DNA of 64,000 nucleotides, taken from the NCBI GenBank assembly GCA_963804645.1, contig CAWDRG010000018.1, positions 32,001-96,000 on the forward strand. The letters run 5' to 3'. Below the pieces are notes generated by a model. That model had not been told where the DNA came from, searched no databases, and worked only from the letters and a program-made list of their open reading frames with translations. This document shows positions 19,572 through 30,040 of the stretch, piece after piece. A program made the translations under genes and the position numbers. The stretch is from an uncultured Bacillota bacterium. Its GTDB lineage: Bacteria; Sysuimicrobiota; Sysuimicrobiia; Sysuimicrobiales; Segetimicrobiaceae. How positions within the stretch are numbered: the stretch's first letter is position 1; the number at the start of each line of letters is the position of its first letter.

Positions 19572-20315
19572 TCAGCCCAGGACCTCGTAGCCCTTGCCCA
19601 GGTAGGCCGATCTGACCCCCGGATGGGCCAGCAGCTCATCCGGCCGGCCCCGGAGGACGATCCGGCCGCGCTCCATGATGCACAGTCGGCCGGCGATCGT
19701 CATCGCGGCCTTGAGGTTTTGTTCGACGAGCACCACGGCCAGGCCCTCGGCCGCGCACAGCTGCGCGAGCGTCCGCATGATCTCCCGCACCACGCGAGGC
19801 GCGAGGCCGAGCGACGGCTCGTCGAGCAGCAGCACCCGGGGCCGCGCCATCAATCCCCGGCCGATCGCCAGCATCTGCTGTTCGCCGCCGCTGAGATGGC
19901 CGCCGAGGCGGTGGACCAGCTCGCCGAGCCTGGGAAACAGGCGCAGCGGGTAGGCGATGTCCGCCCGCACGCCGCGGCGGTCGTGCCAGTACCGGTGATA
20001 GCCGCCGAGGATCAGGTGTTCCTCCACCGTGAGGTCGTTCCAGATCTGCCGCCGTTCCGGGACGAGGCACAGCCCGAGCGGGACGATCTGCTCGGCCGGC
20101 CATCCCGTCACGTCGCGTCCCGCGAGGCGGACCCGCCCGGCCGACGGCGGGTACACCCCGGCGATCGCACCGACCAGCGTCGATTTCCCGGCCCCGTTCG
20201 GGCCGGTGATCGCGAGCACCTCGCCGGCCGACACGTCGAGATCGATCGCGCGCAGCACCTCGACGCGCCCGCGGCGCGCGTCCATCCCGGAGACGTCCAA
20301 GAGGGGAGCGGTCAC
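19572..20315 (-). CDS. livF: Branched-chain-type ABC ATPase (LivF-like)
   Basis: GPNGAGKST, LSGGEQQMLAIGR, LDEPSLGLAP. Confidence 0.9.
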   Translation of the reverse strand: MTAPLLDVSGMDARRGRVEVLRAIDLDVSAGEVLAITGPNGAGKSTLVGAIAGVYPPSAGRVRLAGRDVTGWPAEQIVPLGLCLVPERRQIWNDLTVEEHLILGGYHRYWHDRRGVRADIAYPLRLFPRLGELVHRLGGHLSGGEQQMLAIGRGLMARPRVLLLDEPSLGLAPRVVREIMRTLAQLCAAEGLAVVLVEQNLKAAMTIAGRLCIMERGRIVLRGRPDELLAHPGVRSAYLGKGYEVLG

Positions 20316-21115
20316 GCGCGCGTCCCGTCCGCGTCGTCGGGGTCGTCCCCGAGATACGCGGCGATCACCCGCGGGTCGCGCTGGATCTCCGCCGGGGTGC
20401 CGTCCGCGATCTTCTCGCCGTAGTCCAGCACCACGACCCGGTCGGCCGCGTCCATGACCACGTCCATGTTGTGCTCGATGATCACGAACGTCATCCCGCC
20501 GGCGCGCAGCGACCGGATCACCGCGAGCAGGCGCTCCGCCTCTGCGGTGCTGAGGCCCGCCGCGGGCTCGTCGAGCAGCAGGAGCGACGGGCGCGCCGCG
20601 ATCGCCCGCGCGATCTCGAGCAGGCGCTGCTGGCCGACCGGGAGATCCCGCGCCGGATCCAACGCGCGCGCGGCGAGGCCAACCCGCGCGAGGCCCTCCA
20701 GCGCGGCGTCGCGCACGACGCGGTCCTCCCGCGCGGCGGAGCGCAGCCCGAGCGCCGCGGCGGCGAGCCCCGTGTGCGTCCAGCGGTGGCACCCGACCAT
20801 GACGTTCTCGGCGACGCTCATCTCGTCGAAGATCATGAGGTTCTGAAACGTCCGGATGACGCCGAGGGCGGCGACCGCCTCCGGGGCCCAGCTCGTGATG
20901 CGGCGGCCGTCGAACCGCACCTCGCCCGAGGTCGGCCGCAGCAGTCCGGTGACCGCGTTGAACAGCGTCGTCTTGCCCGCGCCGTTCGGTCCGATCACGG
21001 CCACGATCTCGCGACGCGCCACCGTGAACGTTACGCGGTCGACGGCGGTGACGCCGCCGAACCGGCGCGTGAGCGCGTCGACCTCGAGCAGCGCTTCGGC
21101 GGGGGAGCCGCTCAT
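20312..21115 (-). CDS. livG: Branched-chain-type ABC ATPase (LivG-like)
   Basis: GPNGAGKTT, RTFQN, LDEPAAG, IEHNM. Confidence 0.9.
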   Translation of the reverse strand: MSGSPAEALLEVDALTRRFGGVTAVDRVTFTVARREIVAVIGPNGAGKTTLFNAVTGLLRPTSGEVRFDGRRITSWAPEAVAALGVIRTFQNLMIFDEMSVAENVMVGCHRWTHTGLAAAALGLRSAAREDRVVRDAALEGLARVGLAARALDPARDLPVGQQRLLEIARAIAARPSLLLLDEPAAGLSTAEAERLLAVIRSLRAGGMTFVIIEHNMDVVMDAADRVVVLDYGEKIADGTPAEIQRDPRVIAAYLGDDPDDADGTRA

Positions 21116-22101
21116 GTCTCGCCGCCGGCCTCGCGGCGGGTCCGTCCGAGGTCGAGCGCCCGGCGCACGAGCCCCGCGGGAAAGAAGAGCATGATCACGA
21201 TGAGCAGGATCCCGTAGATCGCGGTTTGGTACTCGCCGCCGACCCGCGGGAAGACGAGGGGCATCTCGGCGCGAATCACCTGGTCGAGGACGGTCACGGC
21301 CGCCGCACCGACGAGGCCGCCCCAGATGTTGGTCAGGCCGCCGACGACCGCCATCACCAAGAAGAACAGCGAGGCATACAGCGAAAACGGGGAAGGCGAG
21401 ATGAACCGCACGTAGTGCGCGTACAGTGCGCCGGCGAGCGCCGCGTACGCCGCGCTCAGGACGAACACCTGCATCTTGTACCGGGCGACGTCGATGCCGA
21501 GGGCCGCCGCGCCGACCTCGCTGCCGAGGATCGCGCGCAGCGCCCGACCGGTCCGGTGCGACGTCACGTTGCGCGCGACCAGGACCGCGGCGAGCACGCA
21601 GGTCCAGACGACGTAGTAGAATTGGCGGTCCGTGGTGACCCGCAGTCCCCACGCGCCGAGCCCGGGGATGTCCCTGAGGCCGCTGGCCCCGCCCGTCACC
21701 GGGACCATCTGGATCATGAGGACGTTGACGATAATGCCCACGCCGAGCGTGGCCAGGACGAAGAAGTGGTCGGCCAGGCGCAGTGTCGGAAGGCCCACGA
21801 GATACGCCGCCCCGGCCACGCAGACGATCGCGAGCGGGACCGTCGCGAGCGTCGACCACCCGAGGTCCTTGGCAAGCAGGGCCGAGACGTACGCGCCGAT
21901 GCCGTAAAACGCCGCCTGACCGAGCGAGACCTGGCCGCTCGAGCCCAGGAGCACCAGCCCGACGGTCACGATCGCGTACAGGCCGATGATATTGAACAGG
22001 GTGAGCGCGTACGCGCTCGGCGCGGCGACCGGCAGCGCCGCGAGCGCCGCGCCGAGCGCCACGAGCCAGAGCGTCCTACGCCGCCCGCCGCCGCGCGCCA
22101 C
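21112..22101 (-). CDS. livM: Branched-chain-type ABC permease (LivM-like)
   Basis: GQVSLGQAAFYGIGAY, TGGASG, GRALRAI. Confidence 0.9.
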   Translation of the reverse strand: MARGGGRRRTLWLVALGAALAALPVAAPSAYALTLFNIIGLYAIVTVGLVLLGSSGQVSLGQAAFYGIGAYVSALLAKDLGWSTLATVPLAIVCVAGAAYLVGLPTLRLADHFFVLATLGVGIIVNVLMIQMVPVTGGASGLRDIPGLGAWGLRVTTDRQFYYVVWTCVLAAVLVARNVTSHRTGRALRAILGSEVGAAALGIDVARYKMQVFVLSAAYAALAGALYAHYVRFISPSPFSLYASLFFLVMAVVGGLTNIWGGLVGAAAVTVLDQVIRAEMPLVFPRVGGEYQTAIYGILLIVIMLFFPAGLVRRALDLGRTRREAGGET

Positions 22102-22951
22102 GCAGGAGCCCTTCCCGCTGCAGGAACAGGACGACGAGGAGCACGAGGAACGTGATCGCGTCGCCGTAGCCCGGGGTGAGGTAGCCGGTCGTGAGGGTCT
22201 CGATCAGCCCGACCGCGTACCCGCCGACGACCGCCGCGGGGGCGCTGCCGAGCCCGCCGATCACGGCCGCGACGAACCCTTTCAGGCCGAGCGCCAGCCC
22301 CATGTCGTACGTGGCCCCCGAGATCGGGGCGATCACGATGCCCGCGAGCGCGCCGAGCGCCGCACTCAGCGTGAAGGCGAAGAGCGACATCCGGCGCGGG
22401 CTGATCCCGACGAGGCGGCTCGCGAACGCGTTGTCGGCGCACGCGCGCAGCGCGGCCCCCCACACGGTCCGCGTGAAGAAGGCGAAGAGCACCGCGACCA
22501 CCCCGACCGACAGACCGATCGCCCACAGCGCCTGGCGTCCCAGCACGCCGCCGAACAGGATCAGCGGCGGTCCCGGCGTGAACTCGGGCAGCGCGTACGG
22601 ATCGGCGCCCCACACCATGAGCGCGATCCCCCGGTAGACCATCGACGCGCCGAACGTGATGATGATGAGCGTCAGCGGATGTCCGCCGAACGCGGGCTGG
22701 ACCACGAGCCGTTCGGTGGCGGCGCCGACCGCCGCGACGGCCGCGACCGCGGCGAGCGCGGCGAGCGCGAGCGGCGCGTGGGTGGCCAGCAGCGTGGCGC
22801 AGATCAGCGCGCCCAGCATCGAGAACTCGCCCTGCGCGAAGTTGAAGATGCCGGTGACGGTATAAATGAGGACGAACCCGAGCGCGACGAGCGCGTAGAT
22901 GCTCCCGACCGTGAGCCCGGTCAGGACGAGTTGCGGCAGCAGCGCGAGCAC
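22076..22951 (-). CDS. livH: Branched-chain-type ABC permease (LivH-like)
   Basis: GSIYALVALG..FNFAQGE, KGFVAAVIGG. Confidence 0.9.
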   Translation of the reverse strand: MLALLPQLVLTGLTVGSIYALVALGFVLIYTVTGIFNFAQGEFSMLGALICATLLATHAPLALAALAAVAAVAAVGAATERLVVQPAFGGHPLTLIIITFGASMVYRGIALMVWGADPYALPEFTPGPPLILFGGVLGRQALWAIGLSVGVVAVLFAFFTRTVWGAALRACADNAFASRLVGISPRRMSLFAFTLSAALGALAGIVIAPISGATYDMGLALGLKGFVAAVIGGLGSAPAAVVGGYAVGLIETLTTGYLTPGYGDAITFLVLLVVLFLQREGLLRGARRRAA

Positions 22952-22994
22952 GAGGAGCGCGGGGCGGAGCGGGCCGCCACGCGGCCCGGCGCCG

Positions 22995-24149
22995 CTACTT
23001 CCACTGCTGCCAGTGGCCGTCCCGGATGACGACGAGCGCCATGTCGTTGGTGGTCAGGCCGTTGTGGTCCTGGGGCGACATGTTGAAGACCCCGCCGATC
23101 CCCACGAACCCGTGCACGTGCTCAATGTAGTCCCGCATCTTGGCCCGATCGGGCCCGACCGCGCGGATCGCCGCGAGCAGCAGATTGATGCCGTCGTACG
23201 CGTGCCCCCCGAACGTGTTGGCCGGGTAGTGATTCGCGGCGTTGAAGTCCTGCGCGTAGCGCTGCAGCACCGCCTTCTGCGGATCGGCCGCCGCGAGGGA
23301 CCCGACGACCAGGAGCCTGCCCGCGGGGAACACCACGCCGTTGGCGGCGGGGCCGGCGAGATCGATGAACGCCTGGTTGGCGACGCCGTGGCTCTCGATG
23401 ATCGGCGCCGCGATGCCGAGCTGCCGGATGTTCTTGGCCGCGGTCGACGCCGTCGGCGGCGTGCTCCAGACCACCCACGCGTCCGGGGTATGCACGCGCG
23501 CCCGGGTGACCTGCGCGGTCAGATCCGTGGCGGTCGCTTCGAACGGCTCGGTGTCGACGATCGTGATGCCGTCCCGCGGGAGGTACGTCTGCAGGGCCAC
23601 GAGTCCGTCCTGGCCGAAATCATCGTTCCGGTACAAGAACACAATCGTCCGCACGTGGGTGGCGGCGAGATAGCCCGCGACCTTCGCCGCGGCAATGCTG
23701 TTGCGCTGCGGAGTCTGAAATACCCACGTCCGCGCCGGCACGCTCAGCGTGGTGCTCGCCGCGAGCGACATATAGGGGATGCCGGCCTGCATCGCGTAGT
23801 CCGCCATCGCCTGCGCTTCCGGGCTGCTCGTGCCGCCGACGACGGCCACGACGTTGTCTTCGCTCACGGTCTTCTTCATGAGGAGGAGCGCCTGCGTGGG
23901 GTCGCTCTCGCTGTCGTAGACGACGAGCTGGATCTGGCGTCCCCCGATCGGGTCGAGCTGGGGCACGAGCATCGTGGCGGTGTCCTTCTCGGCCTTGCCG
24001 AGCGAGCTCGCCGGTCCGGTCACGGCGACGACGACGCCGATCCGGATCGGGGCGCCCTGGCCCAGCACCGGCGTCCACGGGCTCACGAGCGCCGCGGTCA
24101 GCATGGCGGCGACGAGCACGACCACGAGCCTCGGAACCAGGCGCCGCAC
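22995..24149 (-). CDS. Liv-type periplasmic binding protein, possibly for aromatic acids
   Basis: IRIGVV..TGPASSLG, YDSESDP, DDFGQDG; GGAGGT RBS; divergent from hpaBCD. Confidence 0.85.
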   Translation of the reverse strand: MRRLVPRLVVVLVAAMLTAALVSPWTPVLGQGAPIRIGVVVAVTGPASSLGKAEKDTATMLVPQLDPIGGRQIQLVVYDSESDPTQALLLMKKTVSEDNVVAVVGGTSSPEAQAMADYAMQAGIPYMSLAASTTLSVPARTWVFQTPQRNSIAAAKVAGYLAATHVRTIVFLYRNDDFGQDGLVALQTYLPRDGITIVDTEPFEATATDLTAQVTRARVHTPDAWVVWSTPPTASTAAKNIRQLGIAAPIIESHGVANQAFIDLAGPAANGVVFPAGRLLVVGSLAAADPQKAVLQRYAQDFNAANHYPANTFGGHAYDGINLLLAAIRAVGPDRAKMRDYIEHVHGFVGIGGVFNMSPQDHNGLTTNDMALVVIRDGHWQQWK

Positions 24150-24439
24150 CACGATCACCTCCAGAGGATGCGTGCTGTCCATGTCGTTCGGTCGGTCGTG
24201 TTCCCGGTGCGGGAACGCCGCGCCCGGTCGCGGCGCAACGCCGTCGCGGCGGGGCGCGTGCCGCGGGGCCTGGTCCATCGCATTTACACGGGTGGGCGGG
24301 AAACCCCTGCCCGACCGGGTTCCCCGCGCGAAGGCCCGCGGGCCATTGGGGGGGAGGCAGGGACGGCGCCGCACCCCCCGAACTCAATCGAGGTGAGTCC
24401 GGCGGGCTTCCAACCGGCGCCGGGGAAACGGTGAACCCA

Positions 24440-24964
24440 ATGGCATGCCCAGATTGTCAGGCGCAACTTGAGCAGCTGAACTATAAGGGCGTGGCATTCG
24501 AGGAGTGCCCGAACTGCCGCGGACGCTGGTTTGACCGGGGGCAGCTCAAGGCGGCGAAGGATCGAACCGACGAGGACCTGCGGTGGCTGAACTTCGACCC
24601 GTTTGGGGAAGACGCGGACAAGTACGCGGTCGCCGCCCCCCGGGTCGTCCTGTGTCCCAAGTGCGGCCGGCAGATGGTTGCGCTGCGGTATGCGGCCTCG
24701 GGCGTCACGATCTACAAGTGCCCCGTGGGGGACGGCGTCTGGTTAAGTCACGGCGAGTTTGCGGCGATCGTCGCGTACTTGGAGAAGCTCGTCGATTCCC
24801 AGTCGGCCGAGGCGCTCACCAAGGACGCGGTCAAGCAGCTTGAACGGGTTGACGTGCGGGACTTCCTGACCGTCATGAAGCTGTTGAACGTCAGGCTCGC
24901 GGTCGAGCACCCTCGCCTCGCGCGCGCGGTCGAGAAGATCCAGGAGTATTCGCCGCTCAAGTAG
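24440..24964 (+). CDS. Double Zn-ribbon (zf-TFIIB-like) protein
   Basis: CPDC..CPNCRGRWFDRG and CPKC..CPVGDGVWLSHGE. Confidence 0.8.
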   Translation: MACPDCQAQLEQLNYKGVAFEECPNCRGRWFDRGQLKAAKDRTDEDLRWLNFDPFGEDADKYAVAAPRVVLCPKCGRQMVALRYAASGVTIYKCPVGDGVWLSHGEFAAIVAYLEKLVDSQSAEALTKDAVKQLERVDVRDFLTVMKLLNVRLAVEHPRLARAVEKIQEYSPLK

Positions 24965-25058
24965 CGACCGGCCCGCGCGGACGTCGACCTCGCGCCCGCC
25001 CGGCGCCCCCCCGGGGCGGACCGGCGCACTTGGCGCGGCGGGTGGGAGGGGTGGAGCG

Positions 25059-26543
25059 ATGCCGGCGCGGACCGGGGCGCAGTTCCTCCAGGGCCTGCGG
25101 GATCGACCGCGGGACCTGTGGCTTGAGGGCGAGCGCGTCCGGGATCCCGTCGAACACCCGGCCTTCCGCAATGTGCTGCGGAGCCTCGCCGCGCTCTACG
25201 ACCTCCAGCACGACCCGGCGCACCGGGACGAGATGACGTATGTCTCGCCCACCACGGGGGAACGCGTGGGGCTGTCGTTCCTGACGCCCTACACACTGGA
25301 CGACCTCGTGCGCGTGCGGACGATGATGGCGCGGTGGGCAGACCTCTCCGGCGGGTTCCTCGGGCGGACGCCGGACTACTTGAACCGCGCCCTCGTGGGT
25401 TACGCGTCGGCGGCGGCGTACTGCGCCGATAACGATCCGCGGTTCGGCGAGCACATCCGCCGGTACTACGAGTACGTGCGCGAGCACGACCTCTGCCTCA
25501 CGCACACCCTGATCAACCCGCAGGCCAACCGCTCGGTCGGGCCGTCCCAGCAGGCGAACCCCTACCTCGCCGCGCGGATCGCCGAGGAGAACAGCCGTGG
25601 GATCACACTGCGCGGGGCGCGGATGCTCGCCACGCTGCCGGCGGCCGACGAGATCATGGTGTTCCCCTCCACGCTGCTCCGGGCCGGTCCCGACGACGCC
25701 CCGTACGCGTACGCGGTGGCGCTGCCCACCGACACGCGGGGGCTTCGGTTCCTGTGCCGGGAGTCGTTCGACTACGGCCGCTCGCACTTCGACCACCCGC
25801 TCGGGTCGCGGTTCGAGGAGATGGACGCGGTCGTCGTCTTCGACGACGTGCAGGTGCCGTGGGAGCGGGTGTTTCTCCTGCGCGACGTGGAGAAGTGCAA
25901 CAAGGCGTTCGCGGCGACCGGTGCGGTGGCGCACATGGCGCACCAGGTCGTGACGAAGAACGTCGCCAAGACGGAGTTCCTGCTGGGGGTGGCGTCGTTG
26001 ATCGTCGATGCAATCGCGATCGAACCGTTCCAGCACGTCCACGAGAAGATGGCGGAGATCATCGTCAACCTCGAGACGATGCGGGCGTTTCTGCGCACGA
26101 GCGAGGTCGACGCCCAGGTCAACCGCTGGGGCGTGATGCAGCCCGCGTGGCCGCCGCTGGACGCGGCGCGCAATGTGTACACGCGGATGTACCCCCGGAT
26201 GATCGAGATCCTGCAGCAGCTGGGGGCGTCGGGGTTCATGGCGATCCCGACCGCGCGGGACCTCGCGGGCGCGCAGGGGGAGACGATCCGCACCTACTAC
26301 CAGGCGGCGCGCGCCGACGCGGTCAGCCGCGTTCAGCTGTTCCGGCTGGCCTGGGACATCGCGATGAGCGCGTTCGGGTCGCGCCAGGTGCTCTACGAGC
26401 GGTACTTCTTCGGCGACCCGGTGCGGATGGCCGGGGCGATGTTCAACGCCTACGACCGGCGGCCGTATATGGAGCGCGTCCGGGCGTTCCTCGAGCGCGC
26501 GGAGGATGAGGCGCCCGGGCTCGAGTCCGCCCCGGGCGAGTGA
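25059..26543 (+). CDS. hpaB: 4-hydroxyphenylacetate 3-monooxygenase, oxygenase component
   Basis: GRTPDYLN, HTLINPQANR, GARMLATL, RFEEMDA, RQVLYERYFFGDP. Confidence 0.93.
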   Translation: MPARTGAQFLQGLRDRPRDLWLEGERVRDPVEHPAFRNVLRSLAALYDLQHDPAHRDEMTYVSPTTGERVGLSFLTPYTLDDLVRVRTMMARWADLSGGFLGRTPDYLNRALVGYASAAAYCADNDPRFGEHIRRYYEYVREHDLCLTHTLINPQANRSVGPSQQANPYLAARIAEENSRGITLRGARMLATLPAADEIMVFPSTLLRAGPDDAPYAYAVALPTDTRGLRFLCRESFDYGRSHFDHPLGSRFEEMDAVVVFDDVQVPWERVFLLRDVEKCNKAFAATGAVAHMAHQVVTKNVAKTEFLLGVASLIVDAIAIEPFQHVHEKMAEIIVNLETMRAFLRTSEVDAQVNRWGVMQPAWPPLDAARNVYTRMYPRMIEILQQLGASGFMAIPTARDLAGAQGETIRTYYQAARADAVSRVQLFRLAWDIAMSAFGSRQVLYERYFFGDPVRMAGAMFNAYDRRPYMERVRAFLERAEDEAPGLESAPGE

Positions 26544-26559
26544 GCGACCCGTGGAGCCG

Positions 26560-27111
26560 ATGACGGCGCCCGACCCGATCGAGTTCCGCCGCGCACTCGG
26601 GCTATTCGCCACCGGCGTGACGGTCGTCACCGTCCAGGCGGGGGCCGAGATGCACGGGATGACGGCGAACGCGGTGATGTCGGTCTCGCTCGATCCGCTG
26701 CTCGTGTGTGTCTCGGTCGGCCGGCGCGCGCGCATGGACGAGCTGTTGAGCCGGGCCGGCGGCTTCGCCCTCAACATCCTGTCCGCCGACCAGGAGGTGC
26801 TGTCCACGTACTTCGCCGGCACGTGGCCGCATGCGGGTCCGCCCGAGTACCGGCTCGAGCCGTGGGTCGGGGGGCCGCGCCTCGTCGGGTGTCTCGCCGC
26901 CGCCGGGTGCGAGATCGCCGCGGTGCTGGACGGCGGCGATCACCGGTTGTTTCTCGGACGCGTGCTGGCCCTCCACCGTGCGCCGGGCCCGCCCAACCCG
27001 CTGGTGTTCTTCGGCGGCCGATACCACCGTCTCCGGGAGCCCGCGCAGGCTCCCCGCGACCCCGTCGAGGTGTGGAATCCCGAGGAGGTGCAGATCTACT
27101 ATGAGCCGTGA
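26560..27111 (+). CDS. hpaC: Flavin reductase (HpaC-like)
   Basis: FATGVTVVT, GMTANA..SVSLDP, GDH. Confidence 0.88.
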   Translation: MTAPDPIEFRRALGLFATGVTVVTVQAGAEMHGMTANAVMSVSLDPLLVCVSVGRRARMDELLSRAGGFALNILSADQEVLSTYFAGTWPHAGPPEYRLEPWVGGPRLVGCLAAAGCEIAAVLDGGDHRLFLGRVLALHRAPGPPNPLVFFGGRYHRLREPAQAPRDPVEVWNPEEVQIYYEP

Positions 27112-28117
27112 GCCGGATCTGGCGGCGGGGCATCCCCCGTTCACCGTGCTGCGGGCCGCCCATATCGAGTTCCTGGTGACGGATCTCGAGCGGGCCCGCG
27201 CCTTCTACGTCGACCTGCTCGGATTCGTCGAGACCGAACGCGACGGAGACCGGCTGTACCTGCGCGGCTATGAAGAGCGGGACCACCACGGCCTCGTGCT
27301 GCGGCGGGCGCCCGCGGCGGGGGTCGGACACCTGGCGTTCCGGGTCGCCTCAGAACACGACCTCGACCTGCTCGAGCGCCTCTACCGAACCCACGGCCTG
27401 CCCACGCGCTGGGCGCGCGGCGAGGCGGGGCAGGGGCGGGCCCTGCGCGTCCAGGACCCCGCGGGCCTGCCGGTCGAGTTTGTGTACGAGATCGCCCAGG
27501 CGGAGTGGCTCTTGCAGCGGTTCGATCGGTACCGCGGGGCCTTCGTGATGCGCCTGGACCACTTCAACTGCCAGGTCCCAGACGTTGCGGCCGCCTCGCG
27601 GTGGTACCGGCAGGAACTGGGATTTGCCTGTTCAGAGTACATCACCGACGGCGCGGACGCCTCGTCGGGGCTGTGGGGCGTGTGGCTCCACCGGAAGCAG
27701 ACCGTCCACGACATCGCCCTGATGAACGGGGTCGGTCCACGCGTGCACCATGCGGGGTTCTGGGTGCAGGATCCCGCGAGCGTGCTGCGCGCGTGCGACC
27801 TCATGGCGGCCGCCCATCTCGCCGACCGGATCGAGCGGGGACCCGGACGGCATGGGCTCGCCAACGCGTTTTTCGTGTACCTGCGCGATCCCGACAACAA
27901 CCGGATCGAGCTGTACACGAACGACTACCTGATCGCCGATCCGGATTGGCGGCCGGTGCGCTGGGCGCTCGACGACCCGCGGCGCGGCACGTTCTGGGGA
28001 CACCCCGCCCCGGCGTCCTGGTACGGGGAAGCGTCTCCGGTCGAGACCATCGAGGGGGGGCAGTTTACCGAGACGCGGCCCCCGGTGCTGCGCGACCGAC
28101 CCAGCGTGACGCGCTGA
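27101..28117 (+). CDS. hpaD: 3,4-dihydroxyphenylacetate 2,3-dioxygenase (VOC extradiol)
   Basis: YLRGYEE, RLDHFN, TVHDIA, ERGPGRHG..NAFFVYLRDPD..RIELY. Confidence 0.92.
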   Translation: MSREPDLAAGHPPFTVLRAAHIEFLVTDLERARAFYVDLLGFVETERDGDRLYLRGYEERDHHGLVLRRAPAAGVGHLAFRVASEHDLDLLERLYRTHGLPTRWARGEAGQGRALRVQDPAGLPVEFVYEIAQAEWLLQRFDRYRGAFVMRLDHFNCQVPDVAAASRWYRQELGFACSEYITDGADASSGLWGVWLHRKQTVHDIALMNGVGPRVHHAGFWVQDPASVLRACDLMAAAHLADRIERGPGRHGLANAFFVYLRDPDNNRIELYTNDYLIADPDWRPVRWALDDPRRGTFWGHPAPASWYGEASPVETIEGGQFTETRPPVLRDRPSVTR

Positions 28118-28336
28118 GGCACACGATCCGATGCCGCTGCGCAGGGCGAGGAAGCGGCGGCTGTTCCGGTTGAGCCGATCACGGTGGACACCCGAGGACG
28201 CCGCGGTGCATGCGGCGGCCGGACCATCACGGAGCCACGCCCACCCCAACTCACGCCAGCGGCCCGAGCCTCGGCTCGGGCCGCTGGGAACGTGTCACCG
28301 CACGCCCGGTGATCGCCGGGCGCCGGCGAGGTCGAC

Positions 28337-28642
28337 TTACTTGACGCCGATCGCTACCTTCGTCTTCTCGCCGATGACTTCGCCGGTCACGACATGTGTG
28401 GCCGTCGGGAGCACGCCGGGGTTCTTCTTCACCCAGTCCGATGCGACCCGATTGGATTCGTCAGCGTTCGCCTTCGAGTCGAAGATGCTGGTTGCGAGTA
28501 CCTTTCCGTTGCCAGTGTCCGTGAGGTAGTAGCCCACGAACCCCGGAACCGCGCTGATCAACGGAGCAAAATCCTCGCGAAAGTGCTGTCCCAAGCCGCG
28601 CGGGTTCGAAACGTTCTCGTACTGCCGGACGCTCATATACAT
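28337..28642 (-). CDS. Small dimeric alpha/beta-barrel (ABM-like) protein
   Basis: FAPLISAVPGFVGYY..SIFDS..ADES pattern; GGAGG RBS. Confidence 0.7.
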   Translation of the reverse strand: MYMSVRQYENVSNPRGLGQHFREDFAPLISAVPGFVGYYLTDTGNGKVLATSIFDSKANADESNRVASDWVKKNPGVLPTATHVVTGEVIGEKTKVAIGVK

Positions 28643-29171
28643 AATGCCTGACCTCCGTCCCCATGTGGGGAGCGTGACGCTGTGGAGCTTTCTCCTCCGA
28701 GAATTGGGGCCGACTGTGAGTGGACTGGCCGATGAACATCAGGAAGAAGAACCAACGTCAGTGTAAGCTTGCGCGCGCCGAGACGCGAACGCGGTATGCC
28801 CCCTCATCTGCCCAAACGCTCGCGTTCTGCCTCGTTTGGACCATGCTTCCGGTCCTCCAGCCTACGCCACAGACACCCTGCGCGGCCCAGCGAGGTCGCA
28901 GAGACATCGGGGTGCGCGGTCGTGCCGCCCCGGCTCGGTTGAGGGTCGCCTTGACGCGTGTTTGGGCCGGTGGGATAGTGAGGGCGCCGGCGATGGGCCA
29001 ACCCGCGTACGACGCTGAGCCGTCAGTGAGACGCGCGGCTGTTCCGCATCCTGGTGTCGGGTAGGCAGACCAGGTTCGGGGTCGACCGGCGCCGGACGAG
29101 CGGCCGCGACGCGACACGTTCGGGCATTCCAGCGCGCGTGCGCGCGGGACGCCCGGGATTGAGGGGATTGG

Positions 29172-29726
29172 TTGCGACATCGTCTCCCGCTGCCGCGACG
29201 ACGAGATGCCCGGGCGCCTCGCGCGAGGACCGCGACGCTCTGGGGCCGCGCGCTGGCGGCGTGCGCGCTGTGCCTCGCGCTTGCCGCGGCGTGGCCGCCG
29301 TCCGCCCGCCCCGCCGCCCCGTGCGCCACGACGCTTGATGCGCTGACGGGCGCCGAGAGGTTCGCGACCGCACTCGAGGCCTTTCGCGCCGCCGGACTCG
29401 ACTCGGTGTTGTCGCAGGCACGGTCCGTCACGGTGTTCGCCCCCGACGAGCAGGCCTTCGCAAAGCTGCCCGCGGGAGAGTTGCGCGGGGCGCTCGCGGA
29501 TCGGCGCGTCCTGGCTCCCGTGGCGGCGTATCACATCGTCAGCGGGACGGTGCCGCCCGAGGCGCTTCGCCGCGCCCGCGATCTGCCGACCCTGAACGGG
29601 AAGCCGCTTCGGGTCGGCGTCGTGGACGGCGCCGTGGTGCTCGACGGACGCGCGACCGTCCGCGACGCGGGCACGCGCTGCGGCAACGGCATCGTGTATG
29701 AGATCGACGCCGTGCTTCGACCGTGA
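29172..29726 (+). CDS. Fasciclin (FAS1) domain secreted protein
   Basis: TVFAPDEQAF, YHIV, NGIVYEIDAVL; start uncertain. Confidence 0.85.
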   Translation: MRHRLPLPRRRDARAPRARTATLWGRALAACALCLALAAAWPPSARPAAPCATTLDALTGAERFATALEAFRAAGLDSVLSQARSVTVFAPDEQAFAKLPAGELRGALADRRVLAPVAAYHIVSGTVPPEALRRARDLPTLNGKPLRVGVVDGAVVLDGRATVRDAGTRCGNGIVYEIDAVLRP

Positions 29727-29854
29727 TGGCCCCGCCGATTCGGACGGGCGGCGCGCCCGCGCACCGCACCGGGGCATCGACCCGCGCGGTTCAGGGCGCG
29801 CCGCGTTCGGGTAAAAGTTCCGCGCATCGGTCGCAGCATCCAGGAGACGCCGCC

Positions 29855-30040
29855 ATGGCGACGAGGCCGGAAGATCACGCGACGCGGCGGGTCCCGTGGG
29901 CCGACGCTCGCGGCTACCACGCGCGCGACGGCCCACGGGTCTGGGACCGGATCACGGACCGCGTGCGCGAGGCGTGGCAGGGGGATTACGGGACACCGCG
30001 AGAAGTGACCGGTCAAACCGCCGGCCGAGGTGTGCGATGA
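29855..30040 (+). CDS. Small hypothetical protein coupled to ku
   Basis: AGGAG RBS; ATGA overlap with ku. Confidence 0.45.
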   Translation: MATRPEDHATRRVPWADARGYHARDGPRVWDRITDRVREAWQGDYGTPREVTGQTAGRGVR

